Assembly (NCBI GenBank): GCA_964016885.1
Contig: OZ024753.1
Span: 17,360,001-17,424,000, forward strand
Direction: 5' to 3'
Origin: Eledone cirrhosa
Taxonomy: Eukaryota
Length of the DNA: 64,000 nt
Position numbers and translations under genes: made by a program. The notes under the pieces are model-generated. The model was not told the DNA's origin and ran no database searches. It saw nothing but the letters and a program-made list of their open reading frames with translations. Shown in pieces: positions 1 through 12,345 of the stretch (position 1 is the stretch's first letter; each line of letters starts with the position of its first letter).

Positions 1-332
1 AAGCTTCACGGCACAGGCATTGCTTTATATCTGGAGATCTCTCTGCACTTGTCGTTACATGGTACCATGGGCCCTGCACTGTGTCAATAATTGTCATAAG
101 TGTAGTGTTTGTACCAGAGTTTTCAAGTCGCTGGCTGGACTTAAAAGTCACACTCGTTCAGCGCATCGGTAGGGGTTCTCCTACATGGATATAAAGTAGT
201 GGCCGTACTCGAAAATGAGTTGGCAGCCACCATGTATGTATGTATGTAAAAGGAAAACAGAAATAATAACATAATCGGTACAGTATATGGAAGGTATATA
301 TTAGGTTAACGCTTAATATAGCAGGAAGAGAG

Positions 333-368
333 TCTTAACGTTTCGGACGCTAGTCCTTCATCAGAAGA
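333..368 (-). ncRNA. Minimal type I hammerhead ribozyme motif
   Basis: Reverse complement: tctt CTGATGA aggac-tagc-gtcc GAAA cgtt aaga. Palindromic stem III (AACGTT), short stem I. Confidence 0.6.
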
Positions 369-882
369 AAGAATGAGAAATAAAATAGTTTAAGGGGACG
401 GGCAGGATGGAATTGGAAAAAATGTCTTTAGATAAAAATAATAAGTCCATTCATTTTGACATCTCTTTATAATAGAAAAAAGCGAGGGGTTTCGTTTACA
501 TATAAAATATATTTATTGAAAATATATAAAAATATTTATTGAAAAATAGAGCACCGCCTGGAAGATGACAGGAGAATGAAGGAATACATACAGAAGTCCC
601 TACTGATCTGTAGAGAGTTAGACGTTCTTTTGGTGCTTTGGTAAAGACCCCACCTCCCCCTTCGTTCACGAATGACCATAGCATTTGCACCTTGAAAGTT
701 CCCCTTCGAGGCCGACACAGCTTCACACCAGTGACATAACAACTTATTTCTACAGCCTAGTAAACTGGAGCAACTTGAAATAAATGTCTTGCTCAAGGAC
801 ACAGCGTATCACCCGGTCTGAGAATCGAACTCACACCCTTCCGATTGCAAGTTCAATGCTCTAACCACTGAGGTATGCTTTA

Positions 883-913
<31 letters not shown>

Positions 914-983
914 GACGCTATAGTCACTTATATATTATGGAATACTGTTGGCTTTTGCTACAATGTTTTCTATACCATTCATT

Positions 984-1017
<34 letters not shown>

Positions 1018-1239
1018 ACGAAGGAAATGTGGTAAGGAACCAGGTGGACCATAACGCACCAAAGTACTCAATACTTAGGGTAGTAGAGTGGGTAATAGGA
1101 ACGTATAGGACCGTCGGGGTCCTACTCGTTCCTATATATATATATATTATTTTCCATTTTGACGTTGAAGTCACTTATATATTATGAAATACTATGGCTT
1201 CTTGCTCACATTAATTTCTATATTTTCATTTATATATAT

Positions 1240-1281
<42 letters not shown>

Positions 1282-1333
1282 AATACACACACACATATAT
1301 ATGTATATATACATATATACACACATATATACG

Positions 1334-1381
<48 letters not shown>

Positions 1382-1769
1382 AATATATACATATATATAT
1401 ATATATACACATATACATACATACGTGTATATATATTCATATAAAAACGATGGTTCTCGTTTTAATTACTTAATTGTGTGTTTACCTTCTGAAAAATGAA
1501 ACATTTCATTTGTGACGGAAGTGATCCCTTATCTGTAACACCCCCTTAACTACGGGAGATAAATGTAATAGTTAATAGAAAAATATAGGCTAACATAAGT
1601 GGCCCCTTTATTGAGGGGTTGATACACAGAGGTGGAGAAATTGAAAGAGGGGATATGGTGTGTAGCGGAAACGAGAAGGGGTGTGTCAGGAAGATTGACA
1701 GATATATAGATATCTTTCTTTATATGCCACAGGTTGTTAGATAGGTAGCTAGATAGATAGAAGGCAGCC

Positions 1770-3780
1770 ATGTGTGTGTGTGTATGTGTGGGTATATGTG
1801 TGTGTGTACGTGTGGGTATGTGTGTGTGTGTATGTGTGGGTATGTGTGTGGATGTATGTGTGTATGTGTGTGGGTATGTGTGTGTGTATATATGTGTGTG
1901 TGTGTATGTGTGGATATGCGTGTGTGTATGTGTGTGGATATGTGTGTGTGTATGTGTGTGGGTATGTGTGTGTGGATATGTGTGTGTGTGTATGTGTGGG
2001 TATATGTGTGTGTGTATGTGTGGGTATGTGTGTGTGTACGTGTGGGTATGTGTGTGTGTGTATATGTGTGGATATGTGTGTGTATGTGTGTGGGTATGTG
2101 TGTGGATATGTGTGTGGGTATATGTGTGTGGGTATGTGTGTGTGTATGTGTGGATATGTGTGTGTGTATATGTGTGGATATGTGTGTGTGTATATGTGTG
2201 GGTCTGTGTGTGTGTGTATGTGTGGATATGTGTGTGAGTATATGTGTGGGTATGTGTGTGTGAATGTGTTCATATGTGTGTGTATATGTGTGGGTATGTG
2301 TGTGTGTGTATGTGTGGATATGTGTGGCTATGTGTGTGTATGTGTGGATATGTGTGTGTATATGTGTGGTTATGTGTGTGTGTATGTGTGGATATGTGTG
2401 TGTGGATATGTGTGTGTGTGTATGTGTGGATATGTGTGGGTATGTGTGTGTGTGTATGTGTGGATATGTGTGTGTGTATATGTGTGGGTATATGTGTGTG
2501 TGTATGTGTGCGTATGTGTGTGTGTATATGTGTGGGTATGTGTGGATATGTGTGTGTGTATAGGTGTGGGTATGTGTGTGTGTGTATGTGTGGATATGTG
2601 TGTGTGTATGTATGTGTGTGGGTATGTGTGTATGTGTGGATATGTGTGTGTGTATATGTGTGGGTATGTGTGTGTGTGTATGTGTGCGTATGTGTGTGTG
2701 TATATGTGTGGGTATGTGTGGATATGTGTGTGTGTATATGTGTGGGTATGTGTGGATATGTGTGTGTGTATAGGTGTGGGTATGTGTGTGTGTGTATGTG
2801 TGGATATGTGTGTGTGTATGTGTGTGGGTATGTGTGGATGTGTGTGTGTATATGTGTGGATATGTGTGTGTGTATATGTGTGGGTATGTGTGTGTGTATG
2901 TGTGGATATGTGTGTGTGTATGTGTGTGGGTATGTGTGTGGGTATGTGTGTGTGTGTGTGTGTGTGTGGATATGTGTGTGTATATGTGTGGGTATGTGTG
3001 TGTGTGTGTATGTGTGGATATATGTGTGTGGGTATGTGTGTGTGTATGTGTGGATATGTGTGTGTGTATATGTGTGGGTATGTGTGTGTGTGTATGTGTG
3101 CGTATGTGTGTGTGTATATGTGTGGGTATGTGTGGATATGTGTGTGTGTATAGGTGTGGGTATGTGTGTGTGTGTATGTGTGGATATGTGTGTGTGTATA
3201 TGTGTGGGTATGTGTGTTGTGTGTATGTGTGCGTATGTGTGTGTGTATATGTGTGGGTATGTGTGGATATGTGTGTGTGTATAGGTGTGGGTATGTGTGT
3301 GTGTGTATGTGTGGATATGTGTGTGTATATGTGTGGTTATGTGTGTGTGTATGTGTGGATATGTGTGTGTGAATATGTGTGTGTGTATATGTGTGGGTAT
3401 GTGTGTATGTGTGGATATGTGTGTGTGTATATGTGTGGGTATGTGTGTGTGTATGTGTGGATATGTGTGGGTATGTGTGTGTGTGTATGTGTGGATATGT
3501 GTGTGTATGTGTTGATATTTTTGTGTGTATATGTGTGGGTATGTGTGTGTGTGTGTATGTGTGGATATGTGTGTGTGTATATGTGTGGGTATGTGTGTGT
3601 GTGGGTATGTGTAGATATGTGTGTGTGTGTATGTGTGTGTGTGTACGTGTGTATGTGTGTGTGTATATGTGTGGGTATGTGTGGATATGTGTGTGTGTAT
3701 ATGTGAGGATATGTCTGTGTGTGTACGTGTGGATATGTGTGTGTGTGTATGTGTGTGTCTACGTGTGTATGTGTGTGTGA
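1770..3780. repeat. GT-rich compound microsatellite array
   Basis: (TG)n interrupted by TA, GGATA and GGGTA. Confidence 0.95.
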
Positions 3781-4205
3781 ACAGGGGAAGAACGGGCGTT
3801 CTTTTATGTCCAATAGAATGTTTTAAACATTAAGGATTGACTGTTGAAGGGTAATAGCATAGGTACCCCCCCCCTACACACACACACACGCACGCGTACA
3901 CACACACATACACACACACATACACGCACACACACACACGCACACATACACACACATACACGCACACACACTCATACACACACACACATACACACACACA
4001 TACACGCACACACACACTCACACACATACACATACACACGCACAAATACACACACACACACATATATATATATATTATATACACAAGTACATACATGTAC
4101 GTGTGTATATATATATGTATGTATATTTATATATATATATAGTCTAACGTATATACGCATGTATACATTTTTATATATATATATATATGGGTGTGTGTGT
4201 GTGTG

Positions 4206-4254
<49 letters not shown>

Positions 4255-4265
4255 TAGATAGATAG

Positions 4266-4328
<63 letters not shown>

Positions 4329-5295
4329 GAGCTGGCTGTGCGTACATAAACTCTGTCTATGTGAATATGTTCACCTGTATAGCTGTACGTTACTGCACGC
4401 ACCTGTCTGTATTAATGCACGCATGTTTCAGGGGGAATGCATTCAATTCTCAGACATGTAACTAGATCTACCCCTCACCACAATTGTTACTTTGCTATAA
4501 CGACACTAGCAATTCATTCAGTTTACATTATTCAATTGCTTAGTACGAAAATTTAAATGGAAGCGAATGATAAAAAAGCATTTTCTAAAAGCTGTATAAA
4601 CCAAGGAGATTCATAAAATCTAATGTAAAAGCAAATCTATGTAGAAATAATTGTTTCTACTTTTGGCACAAGGCCAGCAAATTAACCAGTGTATTACTGG
4701 TACTTTATTTTATCGACCCCGTAATAATTGTTTCTACTTTTGACACAAGGCCAGCAATTAGCCAGTGTATTACTAGTACTTTATTTTATCGATCCCGTAA
4801 GGATGAAAAGCAAAGTTAACCTCAGCGGGATTTGAACTCAGAATGGCAAGGGCCGTAACTCTACGCGTCAATGCATGGCGTCCGACCCTCTACCGATACT
4901 ACCAATCCATCGTAGAAATAATATTAATGGTTTCTGATTTAAGCGGAGGTCCAACCATTTTAGGGGAGGGGAAAGTAGATTAAATCGATCCCCAGTTTGT
5001 TACTGGTACTTTATTTTATCAACCCCGTAAAAATGAAAGGCAAAGCTAACTTCGACGGAATTTGAACTATGCAGAAATAAAGTTCTCTGATTAAGTATAA
5101 GGCTAATGATTATCGACCCAAGTGTAGTACTGATTCTTTATTTTATCAACACCGTAATGATGAAAGCAAAGCAAACCTTGGCAGGATTTGAACTCAGAGC
5201 GTAAAGGGATGTAACTATATTCCACAAAGCATGTTGTCCGACGCTCTCCCGTTTACTGCAAATTCATTCCCCTACTTATAAATGTAACTCAATTG

Positions 5296-6570
5296 ATTTC
5301 ACTGTAAAACAATCCTTACATCAGATCCTTTCCTTTCACTGTAAACAATCCTTACATCACATCCTTTCCCGTCACTGTAAAACAATCATTACATCACATC
5401 CTTTCCTTTCACTGTAAAACAATCCGTACATCATATCCTTTCCTTTCACTGTAAAACAATCCTTACATCATATCCTTTCCTTTCACTGTAAAACAATCCT
5501 TACATAACATCCTTTCCTTTCACTGTAACACAATCCTTACATCACATCCTTTCCTTTCACTGTAACATAATCCCTACATCACATCCTTTCCTTTCCTTTC
5601 ACTGTAAAACAATCCTTACATCACGTCCTTTCCTTTCACTGTAAAACAATCCTTACATCACATCCTTTCCTTTCACTGTAAAACAATCCTTACATCACAT
5701 CCTTTCCTTTCACTGTAAAACAATCCTTACATCACATTTCTTTCCTTTCACTGTAAAACAATCCTTACATCACATCCTTTCCTTTCAGTGTAAAACAATC
5801 CTTACATCACATCCTTTCCTTTCACTGTAAAACAATCCTTGCATCATATCCTTTCCTTTCACTGTAAAACAATCATTACATCACATCCTTTCCTTTCACT
5901 GTAAAACAATCCTTACATCATATCCTTTCCTTTCACTGTAAAACAATCCTTACATCATATCCGTTCCTTTCACTGTAAAACAATCCTTACATAACATCCT
6001 TTCCTTTCACTGTAACACAATCCTTACATCACATCCTTTCCTTTCACTGTAACATAATCCCTACATCACATCCTTTCCTTTCCTTTCACTGTAAAACAAT
6101 CCTTACATCACGTCCTTTCCTTTCACTGTAAAACAATCCTTACATCACATCCTTTCCTTTCACTGTAAAAGAATCCTTACATCACTTCCTTTCCTTTCAC
6201 TGTAACATAATCCCTACATCACATCCTTTCCTTTCCTTTCACTGTAAAACAATCCTTACATCACGTCCTTTCCTTTCACTGTAAAACAATCCTTACATCA
6301 CATCCTTTCCTTTCACTGTAAAAGAATCCTTACATCACTTCCTTTCCTTTCACTGTAAAAGAATCCTTACATCACATCATTTCCTTTCACTGTAAAACAA
6401 TCCTTACATCACTTCCTTTCCTTTCACTGTAAAAGAATCCTTACATCAGATCCTTTCCTTTCACTGTAAAACAATCCTTACATCAGATCCTTTCCTTTCG
6501 TTTCACTGTAAAACAATCCTTACATCACATCCTTTCCTTTCACTGTAAAACAATCCTTACATCACTTCCG
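5296..6570. repeat. 37-bp tandem satellite
   Basis: Unit TTTCACTGTAAAACAATCCTTACATCACATCCTTTCC, about 34 copies. Confidence 0.95.
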
Positions 6571-6605
6571 TTCCTCCTATTTGCATCTGTTTTGTTTGTC
6601 TTCAG

Positions 6606-6841
6606 GATTTCCATTGGTAATTCGAACACGTGATAATAGTATTTTCAAATCTGGTGGCACAGCCTATGCCTGGGTGGCCCTCGACTCTGGATGTCAATTC
6701 CACTACCAAATAATGCTTGATGATATGGTTATGTCTGAGGATCACAAAGCCACAGCTTACCTGGCCAAATACGGCAGTCATGTCAACTCACCCCTAAATC
6801 CAGGATTTACGAGGATGATTGGAAAATTCCATAACAGTATT
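6606..6841 (+). CDS. chrd: Chordin exon, N-terminal part of last CHRD domain
   Basis: Acceptor gtcttcag|, donor |gtaagt, phase 1 to 0. Translation (G)FPLVIRTRDNSIFKSGGTAYAWVALDSGCQFHYQIMLDD...IGKFHNSI has the CHRD-type 'AWV.LD..C..HYQI.L' pattern. Confidence 0.88.
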
Positions 6842-6859
6842 GTAAGTAAGGTTTCAAGA

Positions 6860-6904
<45 letters not shown>

Positions 6905-7260
6905 CCTTTTACTTATATATGTACCACATCTCCAAAGTTTTTGTCTTTATCACACAAAATACTCCATGATCGGAGTACATGATATGACAGGAGATTAAAA
7001 ACATGGGGAGACATTTTTCAGGAAGCTGATACATCTAGACAGCCAAATAGAGAGAGATGCTGGGAGACCTAAAGATGGATGAAGCGATCTACTGTAGCTC
7101 ACAGTGTAGAAATCTTGGATGATCTAGTATAGCTGTTTGTGTAGAAGACAATTTAATACACATCCGATGTATGTCTCATTGCCGAGCCGCCGCTGCTGAC
7201 ATATTTGGACAACTATCTGGATAGTCGAGAAGTATGGTATTTATGGCGATAAATATTAAA

Positions 7261-7452
7261 CCATCGTTTCTCAAAACCTTTACTCTTGTGGGACCCTTGA
7301 AATAGATTTCATGTCTCATGGACCCCATACATAAAAATTGTTATATGTCAATACTAATATCTAAATGTATTATCTTATTTATCACTCTTTCTCGCGGAAC
7401 ACCTAGCGACCTCTTATGGTACCCTAGGGGAACACCGGTTGAGAAATGCTAC
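7261..7452. mobile_element. Decayed hAT-like MITE
   Basis: Ends ..GTTTCTCAA / TTGAGAAATGCT with GGACCC subterminal motifs. Confidence 0.45.
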
Positions 7453-7954
7453 ATTAACCATTAGGGTAACGTGACTTCACTTCCATGCTGTTGATATTGT
7501 TTAGCACAAGAAGCATTCAGGTTTGTATTTAGACTTTGTGGGGCCCGCGGCACTTCAGGTTTTGAGGAGGCCCCTTCATACACAAAAGGTTACAAAACAC
7601 AGCAAGCCCCCAATTTTACATATCAAAGGTAGCTTGGTGCAACTAATTGGAATTGAAAAGTTATACATACAGGTATTAAATTAAAAAATTCTAACCATCC
7701 TAAAAATACAAAGCTCAGCAGAAGTCACAAATAAATTGCTACGGCCGTTGCTGGTGGGGTACACCCAATGAAGGAGGCCCGGGGCAATTGCTCCTTTTGT
7801 CCTTCATTAAATCCGGCCATGCTTATGACGGAAGATCATCCCGTGACTATTCTGTCCCTTTTTTCATACTTACATTATCTAATTTGTCATTCCACTCTTT
7901 TTAAGACGGCAAAATGTAATTTGGGGGAGATTTGGCTGCTATTTCCATGCACGT

Positions 7955-8560
7955 AGAGACTTATGACTGGCAAACGGCTCAGCGACCGTATCTGTATCAG
8001 TGAGCTGCTCAATATTACCAAACTTAGACCAATTACAGCAATTGTCAAGTCAAGGATACTTAAACTATACGGTCATATAAAAAGATCAACTCGTGGTGTG
8101 AGTAGATTATGCTTGGAAGGAAGGTTGGCTCATAAGAGAAGCAGAGGCCGGCAGCCAAAACGATGGCTTGACAATGTTAAATTATGGACTGGACTTGATC
8201 TTTGCTCTTTAAACTCTGCTGTTGGTGATCGAAAGGTATTATATATTCCTGGAAGGAAGGTTGGCTGGTAGGAGAAGCAGAGGCCAGCAGCCAAAACGAT
8301 GGCTTGACAATGTTGAATTATGGACTGGACTTGATCTTTGCTCTTTAAACTTTGCTGTTGGTGATCGAAAGGTATTATATATTCCTGGAAGGAAGGTTGG
8401 CTGGTAGGAGAAGCAGAGGCCAGCAGCCAAAACGATGGTTTGACAATGTTAAATTATGGACTGGACTTGATCTTTGCTCTTTAAACTCTGCTGTTGGTGA
8501 TCGAATATTGTAGAGAGAGATATCTCACGTTGATGCGCAGTCTGCAACTGGTTGAATTTA
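7955..8560 (+). mobile_element. RTE-clade LINE 3' fragment with a 136-bp internal tandem triplication
   Basis: RILKLYGHIKRS...LEGRLAHKRSRGRQPKRWLDNVKLWTGL. The repeat unit starts at 8115, 8251 and 8387. Confidence 0.8.
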
Positions 8561-8980
8561 GGGTCACAAGAATGGGGAACATCTAGCAGCTCCTTTTTTG
8601 GCTGTCTTCATATAGAATAATTGTTTATTTTACAATCTGTGTGTTGTATGTATGTGTGTGTGTGTTGCTTGTGTGTCTGTGTGTGTATATGTGTGTATGT
8701 TGTTGGTGTGTATGTGTGTGTGTTGTTGGTGTGTATGTGTGTGTATATGTGTTTCTGTATGCGTGTGTGTGTGCATGTATGTGTGTGTGTATGTCTGTAC
8801 GCGTCTCTGTGTGTATGCGTGTGTGTGTATGTGTGTGTATGTGTATGTGTATGTATGTGTGTGTGTATGTCTGTACGCGTGTATGTGTGTCTGTGTGTAT
8901 GTATGTGTGTGTGTGTATACGTACCTATTGGTTGATGTGTACGTATATGTAATAATGTCCCACCTCACATGTCTTCTCAG

Positions 8981-9094
8981 ATATCCGGCAGTCTAACAAC
9001 CTTATCAGAGGCCCTTCTCAAAGCATTGGACGTGGGCAACGCAACACTGCGAATATTAACTGGAAGACACCCAATGGGAATACTAGAGGCCAGT
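8981..9094 (+). CDS. chrd: Chordin exon, end of CHRD domain
   Basis: cttctcag|ATA...AGT|gtaagt, 114 nt, phase 0-0. ISGSLTTLSEALLKALDVGNATLRILTGRHPMGILEAS fits the CHRD C-terminal 'L..G...L.I.T..HP.G.L' motif. Confidence 0.87.
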
Positions 9095-9349
9095 GTAAGT
9101 AGAACTAGCACGTAATGCTGCCTCATCTGAGGAATGGGATGTTGGATTTCATAGCTTTTGAATTTTATTGAAGTGAAATAACTGCATAGAGCGCATGAAA
9201 CAGGAGAATGGGCCCATAGCCTGGCACAGAGATTACTCTGTTTAATATAATTGTTTCTACTTTGGGCACAAGGCCAGCAATTATTCCAGTGTAATACTGG
9301 TATTTTATTTTGTCGACCCCGTAAGGATGAAAGGCAAAGTTAACCTCGG

Positions 9350-10360
9350 CTTAACCCTGTTTAATATAACTAACTGTTTAATAACTAACTCTTTAATATA
9401 ATTAACCCTGTTTAATATAACTAACTGTTTAATAACTAACTCTGTTTAATATAATTAACTCTGTTTAATATAACTAACTGTTTAATAAAACTTAACTCTG
9501 TTTAGTATAATTAACTCTGTTTAATATAACTAACTGTTTAATAAAACTTAACTCTGTTTAGTATAATTAACTCTGTTTAGTATAATTAACCCTGTTTAAA
9601 ATAACTAACTGTTTAATAAAACTTAACTCTGTTTAGTATAATTAACTCTGTTTACTATAACTAACTGTTTAATAAAACTTAACTCTGTTTGGTATAATTA
9701 ACTCTGTTTAATATAACTAACTGTTTAATAAAACTTAACTCTGTTTAGTATAATTAACCCTGTTTAAAATAACTAACTGTTTAATAAATCTTAACTCTGT
9801 TTAGTATAATTAACTCTGTTTAATATAACTAACTGTTTAATAAACTTAACTCTGTTTAATATAATTAACCCTGTTTAATATAACTAACTGTTTAATAACT
9901 AACTCTGTTTAATATAAATAACTGTGTTTAATATAACTAACTGTTTAATAACTAACTCTGTTTAATATAAATAACTCTGTTTAATATAACTAACTGTTTA
10001 ATAAAACTTAACTCTGTTTAGTATAATTAACTCTGTTTAGTATAATTAACCCTGTTTAATATAACTAACTGTTTAATAAAACTTAACTCTGTTTAATATA
10101 ATTAACCCTGTTTAATATAACTGACTGTTTAATAAAACTTAACTCTGTTTAGTATAATTAACTCTGTTTAATATAACTAACTGTTTAATAAAACTTAAAT
10201 CTGTTTAGTATAATTAACTCTGTTTAATATAACTAACTGTTTAATAAATAACTCTGTTTAGTATAATTAACCCTGTTTAATAGAACTAACTGTTTAATTA
10301 AACTTAACTCTGTTTAATATAACTAACTCTGTTTAATAACTACCTCTGTTTAATATAATA
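9350..10360. repeat. AT-rich ~18-20-bp minisatellite
   Basis: Alternating variants of TAACTCTGTTTAATATAAT and TAACTGTTTAATAAAACT. Confidence 0.9.
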
Positions 10361-10547
10361 CCTCCTATACAAACATATAATGTGTGTGTGTAAGTATGTA
10401 TGCATATATCTATCTATCTATTTCTCTCTCTCTCTCTTTATTTATATATATATATATATATAAAATGCAGGTCTAGCAGATAGAGAAAAAGTTTTAAAAT
10501 AAATAAAAAAAATTCGGTGTATGTAATTTTTACACGTAGAAACACAT

Positions 10548-10609
<62 letters not shown>

Positions 10610-10682
10610 CACAAGTTATGCACGTACACACAAATAATACGATTTAATATCAAGAATCTAGCAAAGCATATAGAAAAACGGA

Positions 10683-10721
<39 letters not shown>

Positions 10722-10857
10722 AAAAAAGTCAAGACCCCGACGGCCGGAGCTCAGCCGCCGGGGTCCTGATTCTTTTCCTGTTAACCACTCTACTACCCTA
10801 AGTATTGAGTACTCTGGTGCGTTATGGTCCACCTGGTATCTTACCACACCCTCTTTG

Positions 10858-10895
<38 letters not shown>

Positions 10896-11296
10896 CTAAA
10901 GATTTGATGTTGAGATTAGATCCGTCCAGCGTCTTTTACAGCTATTGGGAGATAGAGACTTGATAGTTTTATGACCCTCACTGAGGACGATAGCAGCCGG
11001 CGTGTTTTGGCTGCTTAATCTTCACATGGGGGACAACATTTAGTGAGTGGTTGTGAGGTAGGTAGAAGACACGTGGTTGTGAGGTAGGTAGAGGACACGT
11101 GGTTGTGAAGTAGGTAGAGGACGTGGTTGTGACGTAGGTAGAAGACACGTGGTTGTGAGGTAGGTAGAGGACGTGGTTGAGAGGTAGGTAGAAGACACGT
11201 GGTTGTGAGGTAGATAGAAGACAAGTGGTTGTGAGGTAGGTAGAAAACCTTGTTAAATTTTCAGCCTCATATCAAGGATTTGAAGACAATTCATTT

Positions 11297-11370
11297 TCAC
11301 CTGACGAAATCAGTGATAATCGATCATGGCCGCACGATCGATCTATCGCTTATTGAAACATGTGTCGTGA
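11297..11370 (+). ncRNA. Type I hammerhead ribozyme motif
   Basis: tcac CTGACGA [stem II gataatcgatc..gatcgatctatc] GAAA catgtGTC gtga. Stem I tcac/gtga, GUC cleavage triplet. Confidence 0.7.
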
Positions 11371-11423
11371 TAAAATGATTGGAAATTTATACCATGCCTT
11401 CGGATCTTTATTTTGATATATAC

Positions 11424-11554
<131 letters not shown>

Positions 11555-12120
11555 AAAGAACACAAGAGCGTCTACAACATCAAAAGATTTTTATTGGCTT
11601 ACAATGTTTCTTCCTTACGTAACTCTTGTGTTCTTCCTTACGCTCTTGTGTTCTTTATCATATATACGGCTCTACCCCAAAGCATAGAGCTAATTATTAT
11701 GCTGCCAATACCTTAATGAGACACGGGTATACAATACCTAACTCCTATTAACCTAAGTATATATATATATATACATATTATATATATATCTGAATGTAGT
11801 TGTGACGGCCGACAGAACAGAGTACTCAATACCGAACTAGGGTTTTATAAAGGCTAAATAGTGATTCTATATATATATATATATATAAAAGTAATTAGAT
11901 TTCGCTTCAAGCATAGCTTTATACAAATATGTTTAGACATTTCGTATTTCTAAAGAAACACGGTTTTAGGAAGGCGTAACTATGCAAACACCGGGGCTAA
12001 CGCCCTTTGGTGGTGTCCTGCAGAAGCGGGGGGGGGGGACGACAACCGTCTATGCATTTCATATATATATATATTTGTGCGTGTGTATGTATTATGTATC
12101 TAAATATATGTATATTGTAG

Positions 12121-12300
12121 GTCTCAACGCCGAATAATTGCTGGAAACTGGCCCCGGATGCGAGTGGAATCGACACAGTTTTAGTGGGAGTCACAGACCA
12201 TGACTTCCAGAAGCGGACACAATGTCAATTTGAAAACCGATATTATGAAGATGGAGAGACGTGGGCCCCGAAGGAGTCCTGTAAGACATGTGGTTGTGAG
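12121..12300 (+). CDS. chrd: Chordin exon, linker and first half of VWC2
   Basis: attgtag|GTC...GAG|gtaggt, 180 nt, phase 0-0. VSTPNNCWKL...QCQFENRYYEDGETWAPKESCKTCGCE matches VWC C.F....Y..GE.W...C..C.C. Confidence 0.9.
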
Positions 12301-12345
12301 GTAGGTAGACGATAACCCGACGCTTTCTTTATGTTCTTATACATC

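Noticed and set aside
1749-4242. Cys/Val/Tyr-rich and His/Thr-rich ORFs, and all YI-repeat ORFs elsewhere
   Set aside because: Translations of (TG)n, (CA)n and (TA)n microsatellites.
5296-6570. 37-bp repeats as a CRISPR array
   Set aside because: No unique spacers, no cas genes, and a eukaryotic intron context.
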